Below, in pieces: positions 20,471-31,023 of a stretch of 64,000 nucleotides of DNA. Numbering within the stretch: position 1 is the stretch's first letter; each line of letters starts with the position of its first letter. The translations under genes were made by a program, and so were the position numbers. Under the pieces are notes generated by a model. That model saw nothing but the letters and a program-made list of their open reading frames with translations, did not search any database and had not been told where the DNA came from. This DNA comes from Nitrosopumilus sp. (GTDB lineage Archaea; Thermoproteota; Nitrososphaeria; Nitrososphaerales; Nitrosopumilaceae), in the NCBI GenBank assembly GCA_965218785.1, contig OZ244650.1, positions 1,120,001 through 1,184,000 on the forward strand. The letters run 5' to 3'.

Positions 20471-21673
20471 ATGCCTATAATAATGTGTAAATATATGAGT
20501 AATGAATATTCAGAAGATGCTCGAAAAATTAATGAATATATAGAAAATAATCCTTCTTGTAAGATTCCAAAAACAATTTCCATAATATTACAGGGTAAGA
20601 AAACAGATTTGCAAACATTTCGCCTTCCATTAGATTTGACATATTATAATATCAAAAATGGAAGATTTGCAGCAGAGTATATTGATCTTATAAAAAAGGA
20701 AGGTCATGTGTTAAATCCAAAAAATCCAGATGATTCAAAAAAAATTCAAACGTTATTGTTTGAGCTAGATCTTAAACAAAGTGTGATTTTAGAAAAAGAT
20801 CTACAACAACATGGACAAAAAGATCCAGGAATTATGACTCATGATGGATTTGTAATCAATGGAAACAGAAGACGTTCTGTACTTGAAGAATTAGGATCAC
20901 AAGGACATTCTAAATTCAAATTTATCGAAGTTGCCAGATTGCCACCAAATGTTTCATCACAAGATCTATGGAAATTAGAAGCAGGGATACAATTATCACG
21001 TTATGTTCAATTAGATTATGGTCCCATCAATGAATTATTAAAATTCAAGGAGGGAATAGACTCAGGATTAATGCCTAAAGAAATAGCAAATGCACTCTAC
21101 GGGGGATTTAAAGAAAAGGATATTTTAGAAAAATTAGAACAACTACAATTAATCATGGAATATCTAAATTTTATTGGAGAACCAGGTGTCTTTAATAAAG
21201 TAAAGAGGGTTCATGAGCATTTTATTGATTTACAAAATATTCTAAAAGGATTGAAAAAATATGATGCAGGACTAGATGAAATTATAAGTGTAAAAAGAAT
21301 AGGATTTCAATTAATCCATGATGGCGTTCCTCAGAGAGAAATTAGAAAAATTAAAGAAATTCTTTCAAATGAAAAATCAAAGAAGGAATTTTTGAGAGCA
21401 CGGGAATATAGTAGACCAGAAAAACAAAATAAGAAAAGAGAAAAAAGAATATTAGCAGAATCAAAAGATGAATTTACAGAAACACGAGTTATTTTTAACA
21501 ACTGTTTGGATTCAACAAAAGCATTATCAGAATCCCAACAACCAGAAAAATTACTCAGACGAGCATTGACGAATTTAGAAAGTGTAGATTTTGATTCTAA
21601 TCTATTACAAAAACCAGTGATCATATCATTAATTTCAGATATCGAATCAATAATCAAAAAAATAAAAAAATAA
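20471..21673 (+). CDS. ParB/Srx-like N-terminal domain protein (paralog A)
   Basis: YYNIKNGRF, GQKDPGIMTHDGFVINGNRR, DLWKLEAGIQL, YGPINELLK. Start may be the later MSNEY. Confidence 0.75.
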   Translation: MPIIMCKYMSNEYSEDARKINEYIENNPSCKIPKTISIILQGKKTDLQTFRLPLDLTYYNIKNGRFAAEYIDLIKKEGHVLNPKNPDDSKKIQTLLFELDLKQSVILEKDLQQHGQKDPGIMTHDGFVINGNRRRSVLEELGSQGHSKFKFIEVARLPPNVSSQDLWKLEAGIQLSRYVQLDYGPINELLKFKEGIDSGLMPKEIANALYGGFKEKDILEKLEQLQLIMEYLNFIGEPGVFNKVKRVHEHFIDLQNILKGLKKYDAGLDEIISVKRIGFQLIHDGVPQREIRKIKEILSNEKSKKEFLRAREYSRPEKQNKKREKRILAESKDEFTETRVIFNNCLDSTKALSESQQPEKLLRRALTNLESVDFDSNLLQKPVIISLISDIESIIKKIKK

Positions 21674-21727
21674 TCTAATTTGCATGAAATATTAACTATT
21701 TAAATACAGTAAAATTAATTCTTGGGA

Positions 21728-22660
21728 TTAACTTGAGGTTAAAGAAAATTTCAAGCCAGTTTTAAATTTTTGTGTTTTCTTCATTTCTTTTTTGAACGCA
21801 CTAATTCGTTTGTTAGCATATGCTTGATACATAGGATTTTTTTCCATTCCAATGTATTTTCGATTTAATTTTATCGTCGCGATGGCAGTAGTGCCACTTC
21901 CCATAAACGGATCTAAAACAACATCTTCATCTTTGGTAAACAATTTGATAAACCATTCAGGCAAGGCTATTGGAAAAGCAGCACTGTGATTGACATTTTG
22001 ACATTGAGTGGCCATGTGAAGTACATTTGTAGGATAAACCACATCCTTACCCTTCCAATTAGAGACATTTTTACTAAGTCCACTCATCACTTTTGATTCA
22101 CATCTATATTTGTCAGTATCAGACAGATTTTTGAGCCTAGAGTCAGCCCATTTACCCATTGGGATCATTACAGATTTTTGATACATTTTGAATTTTTTCT
22201 GTCTAGTAAAATGAAGACATCTTTCCCATGAATCTCTAAATCGATTTGGCCATTTTCCAGGAAATGAGTTTTTTTTATGCCAGATATATTCTTCAGTCCA
22301 TAACCAACCCTGTTTTTTCATCTCTAATATTAATTCGATTACATAAGTTTCACGTTCACAATTTATAGATCTTTCTTTAATGTTCAAGATAAAAGAACCA
22401 CGAGGCTTTAAAACACGTTTTAGTTGTTTTGAAATTGGTAAAAACCATTCAATATAATTTTTTGCTGAAATACTTTCGTATGAATTTCTTCGCTTACCGG
22501 CATAAGGTGGGGAAGTAATAATAAGATCAACTGAACTAGAATCTAATTTAAATAATTTGGTTAAACAATCACAACGATAGATTACATTATGACGTTGTCT
22601 TGACTCTGGCAATGTACTCATTTTTTTCCAAGATCGTCTCTTATAGGTTTTTTCAATCAA
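21728..22660 (-). CDS. Beta-class DNA methyltransferase (N4C/N6A; SPPY suggests m4C)
   Basis: DLIITSPPY (motif IV) precedes HSAAFP and VLDPFMGSGTT (motif I). Confidence 0.92.
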   Translation of the reverse strand: MIEKTYKRRSWKKMSTLPESRQRHNVIYRCDCLTKLFKLDSSSVDLIITSPPYAGKRRNSYESISAKNYIEWFLPISKQLKRVLKPRGSFILNIKERSINCERETYVIELILEMKKQGWLWTEEYIWHKKNSFPGKWPNRFRDSWERCLHFTRQKKFKMYQKSVMIPMGKWADSRLKNLSDTDKYRCESKVMSGLSKNVSNWKGKDVVYPTNVLHMATQCQNVNHSAAFPIALPEWFIKLFTKDEDVVLDPFMGSGTTAIATIKLNRKYIGMEKNPMYQAYANKRISAFKKEMKKTQKFKTGLKFSLTSS

Positions 22661-23646
22661 ACATCACCGAGTTTTTGGACATGATAATTTTCAGCAGTAA
22701 CAGAAAATAATTTTTTTATAAAAATTTTTCTAAAAGGATTTTGAATTTTCTGAATTTCCAAATTATTGTTTTTTGTTTCAATATCAACGTTAGGTACAAA
22801 ATAAATCCAATATTTATCTTTTAATTCCGAAGCAATTTTTTTTTCATTTTCAGACCAATGAAAATCTAAATCTTTACCAGAGGAACCTTTTACTTCAATG
22901 AATCTATCATAATCCCTATTGGCAGATTCACGATCAAATGATATAATATCAAACCCAGCATTGGCATGTTGTATACTAATGCGCTGAACTTTCTTGGATT
23001 CAAAAAAACATTCAAGATTTTTGAGTCTATTTTTCTCATATTTTATAACAATATCTTCTGCGATATCACCAATTTTTTTCATCAGTCTTAATTGTTCATC
23101 AATTTGTTTTTGACTAATTCGTACTTTCAAAGTAATTTTTTTAGATGAGATTTTATCGTTATATTGTGGATTAAGAATTACTTTATCACCAAATAATAGA
23201 AGTAATTCACATTCATACAAAAGAGGCAATAATTCTTTTTTATGAAATAAATCATAAACCTGATCAGAAGGAGCCCATACTTTATCTGGAGTTGTTGCAA
23301 ATCTAGACAAACTATCATTGATGGATTGGGATAAAGAACCATGAAGAAAACATTGTTCTCGAAAAAGTTTTTTTAATTCATAGTTTAAACCAAAACTTTT
23401 TTCATATTCATCGAAAATATGATTACCCAATATGGTGATTTCAATTACATTATTTTCTAATTTTAGTATATTGACATCTTCACAGAATTTTCTAAGTTCA
23501 TCAAAATCAGGATACAGTGCCTGCTCAACAGGAGAATTGTTGAATGTTTTGGCAACATATGCGGTTACGGCTTTACTATTCTTATCATTTTCAAATTTTT
23601 TTATAATTCCTAAAAGTTTTGGAATTTGTTTTAATTTGATTGTCAT
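22657..23646 (-). CDS. DUF3883 (NOV C-terminal) PD-(D/E)xK nuclease
   Basis: IGDIAEDIVIKYEK...AGFDIISF...RFIEVKGS...FHWSENE...YWIYFV. Confidence 0.85.
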   Translation of the reverse strand: MTIKLKQIPKLLGIIKKFENDKNSKAVTAYVAKTFNNSPVEQALYPDFDELRKFCEDVNILKLENNVIEITILGNHIFDEYEKSFGLNYELKKLFREQCFLHGSLSQSINDSLSRFATTPDKVWAPSDQVYDLFHKKELLPLLYECELLLLFGDKVILNPQYNDKISSKKITLKVRISQKQIDEQLRLMKKIGDIAEDIVIKYEKNRLKNLECFFESKKVQRISIQHANAGFDIISFDRESANRDYDRFIEVKGSSGKDLDFHWSENEKKIASELKDKYWIYFVPNVDIETKNNNLEIQKIQNPFRKIFIKKLFSVTAENYHVQKLGDV

Positions 23647-23647
23647 A

Positions 23648-25627
23648 TTACAGTCTTTTTAAATCACGCAAATGTTTAACTAATGAATCATAATCTCGGT
23701 TAAATTCATCTTTGGTTTCATTAATTACATCAAAATTAACATTTTGAAGAAATGGATCATCAAGAGCAGTAGTCATGTCTTCCCATTTCTCCCAAAGTCT
23801 TTGATGAATTTGCTCATCAATCGTATCCCTGCCAATTACAAGATGATAATTAACAGTGACATCTTGAGGCATCCCTACCCTATGAATTCTATCAACTGAT
23901 TGCATAAACTGAGCACCGTTAAAATTTCGGTCCAAGTATATTGCATTTCTACAAACAGATTCTTCTTTTGCATTTTTGTGCAATGAAACAGACTCACCAA
24001 GAGATGCTGGTGTGGCAATTAGTACTTTGTAATCAGGATTATTTTTAAATTTGTATACCAAATCATCTCTATTTGGTTGATCATCAGGATCTCTGGATAC
24101 GTCACCATAAATCAAAATAGGATCAAATTCTTTTAAAACATCTTCAGCGTATATGTGCATATTAAGTAAAAAGGAACTCCAGATGAGTACTTTTTCTCCT
24201 TTGTTGACAAGATCACTGGTTAGTGATGCAACCTTTCGTATTTTGCTAGGAATTTCAAGATCAGAGTATTTTGTAATCTTTTCTGAAATTGATAGATTTT
24301 TCAAATCATTATTATCAATAGAATCAACGTCAAACCCAAGCTGGGCACTTACCATTTCTCTTGAAGAATTAAATAATGGGCTGTTAACATTGAATTCGTG
24401 TGACATTTCAAACAACAGAGAAGGATTGGAAGCAGATTGAAGTAATCGAATCATTTTTGCAATTCTGAATCTTTGTAATTTTGCTTGTTCTTCCAAAGAA
24501 TCAATTTCTTCAAGAGTTTTGCTAGCAATTACATCATAGATTTGTCTTTGATGATCTCCAAGATCCACCGTGATTGGAATAAATTTTGGTTCTGGAAGAT
24601 GAAGATCATCTTTCATAACTCGTGTAAATAAAGAACGTAAACGTTCGCGATGAGTATTACTTAATCCACGTTTTTTTACATAATCATTATATTTACTTTG
24701 ATTTCCCAAAGGAAGATCATGCGGCCACAGATAAGTTATCTGATTCCACAAATCCTGAGAATTGTTAGGCATTGGAGTTCCTGAAAGAATGATTCTACGA
24801 GTTGCAAATTGTGCAAGAAATAAAGCAGCGTTTGCCCATGCACCTAGATGAGGATTTTTAATTCTGTGAGATTCATCAACGATGAGAACGGTTTTATATT
24901 TTTTAAGAAAATTCATCAATTCCATTCGTTTTGAATTAGATGTTTGATAATGGAGTAAAAATAAATCATAATTATCACCAATATCTTCTAAAATTTCTGC
25001 AATATCTCCTTTAATTCTTAATGTCCTGGCAGATTTCTCAAAACACCCAACATATTCGTCCTCCCAAGGAACAAATGATGCAATAGGACCAATAACCATA
25101 ATTTTTTCAATAATCCCGTCTTCCAACCATTTTGAGATAGCAGCATAAGTCATAGTTGTTTTACCGCTGCCAGGTACAGAAAAATTTGCACCGTTGTTTA
25201 CTGCCAACAAATGTTCGACAGATTGTTTTTGAAAATCCAATAACTCTCTTTTAAAAGTTGCACCCAAAATTGGATTGTGCTTACCTTTATCTTTGACTGC
25301 AGATCCTTGATCTAAGGCTTTTTGATATAATTTATTTTCTAGTTGTTGTTCTGAAAGATTTTTTTTAATATCATCACTAATTGTAAGGGACCCTAGTTTA
25401 GGGTTATCATTAAAAAAATCTTTCATGTATTGTGCAGTTTTAAAAAATTTTACGGTGTTATTTGTTTTAGGATAAACAAAGGTAATTCTATTTTCATCTT
25501 GTTGAATTTGTTGAAAATCACCACTGATCGCAGTATCCATTAAATCATAATCGGTTTCATAGTCACCTGTATTGTCATACTCTAGAACAAGATTTCCAGT
25601 ATTATGATCAATAGTAAGAGATGTCAT
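23648..25627 (-). CDS. SNF2-family helicase/translocase
   Basis: LLDFQ, NFSVPGSGKT, IVDESHRIKN, LSGTPMPN, KVLIWSSF, QSVDRIHRVG. Confidence 0.9.
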   Translation of the reverse strand: MTSLTIDHNTGNLVLEYDNTGDYETDYDLMDTAISGDFQQIQQDENRITFVYPKTNNTVKFFKTAQYMKDFFNDNPKLGSLTISDDIKKNLSEQQLENKLYQKALDQGSAVKDKGKHNPILGATFKRELLDFQKQSVEHLLAVNNGANFSVPGSGKTTMTYAAISKWLEDGIIEKIMVIGPIASFVPWEDEYVGCFEKSARTLRIKGDIAEILEDIGDNYDLFLLHYQTSNSKRMELMNFLKKYKTVLIVDESHRIKNPHLGAWANAALFLAQFATRRIILSGTPMPNNSQDLWNQITYLWPHDLPLGNQSKYNDYVKKRGLSNTHRERLRSLFTRVMKDDLHLPEPKFIPITVDLGDHQRQIYDVIASKTLEEIDSLEEQAKLQRFRIAKMIRLLQSASNPSLLFEMSHEFNVNSPLFNSSREMVSAQLGFDVDSIDNNDLKNLSISEKITKYSDLEIPSKIRKVASLTSDLVNKGEKVLIWSSFLLNMHIYAEDVLKEFDPILIYGDVSRDPDDQPNRDDLVYKFKNNPDYKVLIATPASLGESVSLHKNAKEESVCRNAIYLDRNFNGAQFMQSVDRIHRVGMPQDVTVNYHLVIGRDTIDEQIHQRLWEKWEDMTTALDDPFLQNVNFDVINETKDEFNRDYDSLVKHLRDLKRL

Positions 25628-26895
25628 TATGAATCCAATTTTATTTTGAGTTTTTCAAAATGACGAAGAATTTGCCGGATTATCCCAGTACATTGTTTAC
25701 CGGTCAGTTGGTCACTATCATAATCAATTCCGTCTAGATATTCCAAGGCATTGCCCAATAATCTTGGAAGATCATGTTCATTTTTCTTGACATTTAATGC
25801 TTCAACCGCATTAGTCCACATAGTATTAATCTCACTAGTTTTTGATTCATCCTCATCTTTGTCAGGATTAGGATCTTTAAATTCATTATCTATCATATCA
25901 GACACATCATCGCCAAGAGATTTTTTGGGTTTAGGAACTACAAGATCTGGAGATATCGGTTTTGATTTTTCTGCAATTTGTTCAATCCATTCTAATGCCT
26001 TATCAGATTCAAATTTCACCATTTCTCTAATTTTTCGTATTTCTAAATGAGAACGACCATCACGAATAAGTGCCCAAATAGCACGTTTGAGAGATTTCCT
26101 ACGAACCGGATCATCTACTCTATCATAGTAAAAATCAAGAATATTTTGTGCGTTAATAAAATGTTCAACTTTGCCTTTAGCTTCACTGTATTTTTGAGGC
26201 ATTCCATTAAATTTCAGATATTCTTCAATGAGGTCCAATCTTTTGAGTTTTTTTGAAATTTCACTATCATCGCGAAAACCGTATAAAGTTGTAGCAATTT
26301 CGTTTGGAGTTAACCCAGATTCAATTCCTTCCTTTAATTTTAATAATTCGTTGATAGGTCCATACCTTACAATTTCATCTTTTCCTAATTGGATACCAGC
26401 CTCCAATTTCCAAAGATCATTTTTGTCTATAGATGAAGGCAGTCTAGCTACCTTCATTACATTAAATTTAGAATTTTCCTTGGATAAATTTTGTAAAAGT
26501 GATAATCGTCTATTCCCATCAATGACAAATCCATCATGAGTCATAATTCCCGGATTCCACTGACCACGTTGTTTAATGTCAATAGAGGTTCGATCTGTTT
26601 CAATAGGGTCTAAATTAAGAAGAAGATTTTGAATTTTTCTAGAATCATCTTTGTTTGTGGGATCAAATGATCGTCCACCATTCTTTCGAACTAATTCCAA
26701 ATATTCTGCTTTGAATCTACCATTTTTGATATTAAAGTAAAGATAGCCCAAAGGGATATTGTAGACATACAAAAGTTCTTTTGTTCCTTTTAGTAAAACC
26801 GGAACCCGTTCATCAGTCAAACATTCGTCTTTATTTTTATCAATATACTCTTGTAATGCAAGTTTATTCTCAGGATTATCCAACATCATATTCAA
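25627..26895 (-). CDS. ParB/Srx-like N-terminal domain protein (paralog B)
   Basis: YFNIKNGRF, GQWNPGIMTHDGFVIDGNRR, DLWKLEAGIQL, YGPINELLK; its stop overlaps the SNF2 ATG (TAATG). Confidence 0.78.
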   Translation of the reverse strand: MNMMLDNPENKLALQEYIDKNKDECLTDERVPVLLKGTKELLYVYNIPLGYLYFNIKNGRFKAEYLELVRKNGGRSFDPTNKDDSRKIQNLLLNLDPIETDRTSIDIKQRGQWNPGIMTHDGFVIDGNRRLSLLQNLSKENSKFNVMKVARLPSSIDKNDLWKLEAGIQLGKDEIVRYGPINELLKLKEGIESGLTPNEIATTLYGFRDDSEISKKLKRLDLIEEYLKFNGMPQKYSEAKGKVEHFINAQNILDFYYDRVDDPVRRKSLKRAIWALIRDGRSHLEIRKIREMVKFESDKALEWIEQIAEKSKPISPDLVVPKPKKSLGDDVSDMIDNEFKDPNPDKDEDESKTSEINTMWTNAVEALNVKKNEHDLPRLLGNALEYLDGIDYDSDQLTGKQCTGIIRQILRHFEKLKIKLDS

Positions 26896-27557
26896 GAATT
26901 AATGATAATTAAAGATATCATGAATTTCGAGCAAAGAGTTTAGAACTTGATCGAATCAAGTAACTATCGAAATCACCACCAATCATGGAAGATTTTCTAA
27001 AGGGATGGATCTGGAAGTTCAAAGAAATATCAGATTAGAGTAAATATGATAAAATTGATAGAAAACTGAGACTGCAAATGAGGTGGAATTTAAGAAGTAT
27101 TGGATTTTACAAAGAAATGGAAAAAGAGAAAATCATCTACGGCTTATTTCAAATAAAACCAAGATGTACTATGGAGATAAAGGATTTTATGTAAATAATA
27201 CTAATTTGTTTATCACAATATTAGATAAAAAATTAATAGTAATTCTTAATTCAGAATTATAATGTATTTGATAGAATATTTGTATATTAGAATTAAAGAG
27301 GAAAACAAATATGGGAAAATTTTAAAAAATTCCCAATTTTTATTCATAAATCACCATTAATTGAAAAAGATGTTGACAAATATTATTTTTAAATAAAAAA
27401 TTAAAAAATAAAAATTCAAACAAAATAAAAACTAATGATGAGACCATCAATTACAAAAAAATAATGATTAAATTCATAAATTTTATGATCTGATATATGA
27501 AAAAATCAAAATCACTGAATCAACTGTAAGAATATCATGATTGTGTAATTTTATCAT

Positions 27558-29309
27558 TCAATGAGGAATTCCCGTCCAATCTTCATAACCTTCCCATCCT
27601 TTTTCTCGATAAACATAACTTGGATTATGTGGGATGTTTTTTGGTTTGGCAGAATCATTCCATTCCCCATATTCTTTATAATTTTTGAAATTTAGATTTC
27701 TAACATATGCTTTTGCTTCGTCAAAAGGCAAGTATTCTCGCTCATTAATTCCATACCAATCATAAATATCAAAAAAGAATCTACCAGCAGTTGGAAAATA
27801 TTTGAATGGTTTTGCAGGAATGTTTTTTGGTTTTTTACCAGATTTAGCATATTTAGTCCAATCAGATGAAGATTCAAAATTTAAAGTTGATACGAATTTT
27901 TTTTGATCTTCATAAGAAAGATACTCACGATCAAATGCGCCAAACCAGTTATCCCAATCTATCCATTGTTTTTTATAAATCAGATTAGGTTTTGCAGGAA
28001 TATTTTTTGGTTTTTTACCAGATTTACAGTATTCTTTCCATTCTGATTGATAATCAAAAATCAAAATAGAGACAAATTTTTTGGCATCTGTAAATGACAG
28101 ATATGCTCTATGCTGAACACCTAGCCAGTCATCATAATCTTTCCAATCACCGGTGTACACATTTTTTGGATTAGATGGTACGTTTATGGGTAATTTACCA
28201 GATTTACAAAATAATTTCCATTCTTTTTCACTATCTAAGGCCAGATTTAAGACAAATTTTTTGGCATCTGTAAATGACAGGTATTTTCGTTTAGTGATAC
28301 CTAACCAATCATTCCAACCTTTCCATTCAAAGGAATAATCTTTTTTTGGATTTAGTGGAATATTTTCAGGCTTTTTGCCTGAAATACAAAATTTTTTCCA
28401 ATCTTTTTCATTTATCAAATTTAAATTCTGAACAAACATCCTAGATTCTTCAAAAGACAAATATCGAGAAGGTTCAGTAGAAGTATTTTTGAAGGTTTGA
28501 TAAATTTTTTCCAATTCATCAACATCAAATTGTAAAGTTAATTTTTTACTTTCATTAGAAACTAACCTTGTAAAATCATCATTTAGATTAGAATTAGATT
28601 TTTTTGCAACAACGTTTCCAATGATTTCTTTTTCATCATTAGTTAATGGACGTTTTAAAGAAGATGTAAGGGCCATTTCAACAAATAATTGATGAACCTC
28701 AGAAAATTCAATTTTTCCTATGTATAGACCCTCTTTTCCTCTAGATTTGGTTAATTTTTTTATTAGTTTAATTGCCAAATCTAATCTATCAATTTTCATA
28801 TATGCAAAAATTTTAACATGACTAGCATAGATCCCAGTTTGTTTTTCAAGTAAAGGAATCACGTCTGCATACTGTCCCAACATACACATTGCTTTTGCTT
28901 TTTCCAAAGAAAAGAGAGAATCATCCATTCCATCATCTAATTTTTTTTGGTTTATTCTGTCACATAATGAAATAACTTTTTGATAATTACCAGTCTGGAA
29001 ATATGTAATCATTCTATTCAAACAGGTTGTACCATGTAACAACAATTTGTCAGAAATATCATCTGTAGATTCTTCTGATCTAAATTTATTTTCTATATTT
29101 TTTTTAAAAAAAGTATCTGGATAATCAGACATGGAAAATGAGGAATATACGGAGTCTGGCACATCATAATACCAAAATAATTTTCCGTTATCAAATCCAA
29201 TTTCTACAACATTTTGTTTCCAACTATATCTATAACAACGAATTAATCCTGAATTTTTTCTATAGTGATACCCAACAAATCCAGATTCAATTTTATCTTT
29301 AGAAATCAT
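27558..29309 (-). CDS. KTSC domain + TPR-like region + five ~60-aa phage-integrase-type repeats
   Basis: KTSC-like VEIGFDNGKLFWYYDVPDSVY..F..NI; repeats YLSFxxAK.FV..L.....W...KSGKKP.NIP..P...Y...W..W.DW.G, with 180-bp DNA periodicity (28071 vs 28251). Confidence 0.7.
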   Translation of the reverse strand: MISKDKIESGFVGYHYRKNSGLIRCYRYSWKQNVVEIGFDNGKLFWYYDVPDSVYSSFSMSDYPDTFFKKNIENKFRSEESTDDISDKLLLHGTTCLNRMITYFQTGNYQKVISLCDRINQKKLDDGMDDSLFSLEKAKAMCMLGQYADVIPLLEKQTGIYASHVKIFAYMKIDRLDLAIKLIKKLTKSRGKEGLYIGKIEFSEVHQLFVEMALTSSLKRPLTNDEKEIIGNVVAKKSNSNLNDDFTRLVSNESKKLTLQFDVDELEKIYQTFKNTSTEPSRYLSFEESRMFVQNLNLINEKDWKKFCISGKKPENIPLNPKKDYSFEWKGWNDWLGITKRKYLSFTDAKKFVLNLALDSEKEWKLFCKSGKLPINVPSNPKNVYTGDWKDYDDWLGVQHRAYLSFTDAKKFVSILIFDYQSEWKEYCKSGKKPKNIPAKPNLIYKKQWIDWDNWFGAFDREYLSYEDQKKFVSTLNFESSSDWTKYAKSGKKPKNIPAKPFKYFPTAGRFFFDIYDWYGINEREYLPFDEAKAYVRNLNFKNYKEYGEWNDSAKPKNIPHNPSYVYREKGWEGYEDWTGIPH

Positions 29310-29326
29310 AATTATACATCATAAAT

Positions 29327-29470
29327 TGGAGTGGACCCTCTAAATTAGAACGCTTTTTGCATGTTTTTACATACAGTTACCATTATTTATTTCTCATCCC
29401 CCCATTCAGATAAGAATTCCTCAGGAGTCACATACCCCAGTCTAAGTGGAGCCTAGAGAGGTCCACACCA
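29327..29470. mobile_element. IS3-derived MITE (~144 bp)
   Basis: TGgagtggaccctcta ... tagagaggtccacacCA; the interior is the IS3 right-end sequence also seen at 13470-13589. Confidence 0.8.
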
Positions 29471-29600
29471 ACAAAGTGTTACTGGTAATCATGACAAGGT
29501 AGGTAAATTGCAGAGACAGGCAGGTATAATCACAATACACTGTAAATCAGAACAATCAAAAATCATACAACAGGAGTTTTCATATCCAAGTGTGACCTGA

Positions 29601-30779
29601 TTACTTTACATCGTTAGAATCATCGAGTGAATTACCCATCACCTTTAACACACCCTTTATTCCCGCCTGTATCTCCTCTGCAGAATCCCTGATGTTCTTG
29701 GATGCTTTATCTATATTGGTACACTGGGTCTTTACACCCCGCAGTTTACTTGCCAGAGTATCAACATCATGCATTGCATCAGTTATACCAACAATGTCAA
29801 TACCTGCATTGACTGCAGATGCAGCATTTCGAAGTTTCTCTCGGGCAACCTTGTATGCAAAGTGGAGTAACTCACCTTCTGCCAGTATCTCATTTGATGT
29901 ACCAACAGCACATAACAGATACTTGTCATATGCCCGGAACCATCTCACATTGGGTGGCATTGATTCAACGTTCTTCATGACAAATATCCCATAATCTGCA
30001 TTACGGTTCTTTATTGATTTTTCAAGTATGTCCTCGATCATTTTTTGGGACATACCGCCACGATCCTTTACCTCAAAGACTATACGTTTTTTCAGATCGC
30101 CTAACACAATTACAAAGTCCCCGGTCTTGCTTTTTGATATGCTGCCAGGGACGCGGCTGGTATCCTCAAGATCATCTGAGTGTATGTTTGAGATCCATGC
30201 AAGTTTTTCTTCACACCAACCTTCAAAATCATATCCCTTTGCAGGACCCTTTTGATGTTCTGCAGTTATGGTCTCTGTCTGTATTTTTTCGATTAGAACA
30301 GATTTTCCGAGATCTCCGATATGTCGTATGATCTCTTGCTGTACGATGTTTAGTGGACTGCCCTCCTTGTGAGGATCAAAGAGATCCTTAATCATAGTGC
30401 CATCCTCGCCAAAGTGTTGTTTTATTGTGTTTGAGAATTTTCCGTTCTCATCAAATGCAGAATCAAGATCCTGGTTAATTGTAGATTGAAAGTTTTCCAG
30501 TGATTTTTTAAATACGGTATCCAGAGATTCAAACGCCTTGTGGACATAATCCACATCGTTCTTGTTTTTTATGGTTCCAGCAGTCATTATCCCGAGTTGG
30601 AGTATGTTCTCGAGGACCTCCTCGAGTTTGGAGGGTTGTGTAATCTGGGCAAAGTACGATACGATATCAGGGTGCATCGTCTTGAAATTGTTGATGGTCA
30701 GTGAATCAGGAGTTGCAGTTACTGTCGGAGATGGTTCTGTCTGAAGGGTCAATGATGATAATTCAGGGAAATTTTTCAT
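29601..30779 (-). CDS. Coiled-coil + PD-(D/E)xK domain protein (DUF2130/RmuC-like)
   Basis: KGYDFE...TGDFVI...IVFEVKD flanked by coiled coils. Confidence 0.6.
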   Translation of the reverse strand: MKNFPELSSLTLQTEPSPTVTATPDSLTINNFKTMHPDIVSYFAQITQPSKLEEVLENILQLGIMTAGTIKNKNDVDYVHKAFESLDTVFKKSLENFQSTINQDLDSAFDENGKFSNTIKQHFGEDGTMIKDLFDPHKEGSPLNIVQQEIIRHIGDLGKSVLIEKIQTETITAEHQKGPAKGYDFEGWCEEKLAWISNIHSDDLEDTSRVPGSISKSKTGDFVIVLGDLKKRIVFEVKDRGGMSQKMIEDILEKSIKNRNADYGIFVMKNVESMPPNVRWFRAYDKYLLCAVGTSNEILAEGELLHFAYKVAREKLRNAASAVNAGIDIVGITDAMHDVDTLASKLRGVKTQCTNIDKASKNIRDSAEEIQAGIKGVLKVMGNSLDDSNDVK

Positions 30780-31023
30780 AAATACGTGTTGTGGTTACTA
30801 GTTCAAAAGTGGGAGATCTTACGTTTTACATAATCTATTTTAGGTACATTTTGAGCAGCGCAAATAATGAGGAAAAAACTCTAAACATGAAGGGATTGGT
30901 ACAATGTTACATCCAAGAATGGCTATATTCTCACACATGCCCCAGGCAAAATCATGCAAAAGAGGCATAGAATACGTCTGACCACATGCCACACTCTTGA
31001 GAGCATTTACAGATGGGGCTTGC

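Noticed and set aside
20471-26895. Plasmid or chromosome partitioning locus
   Set aside because: No ParA ATPase, parS-like repeats or replication gene seen; the ParB-like genes are coupled to helicase, nuclease and MTase genes.
27560-28470. DNA repeat array or DGR template/variable repeat pair
   Set aside because: The 180-bp periodicity is explained by in-frame protein repeats; no reverse transcriptase is present and differences are not adenine-specific as far as I could see.
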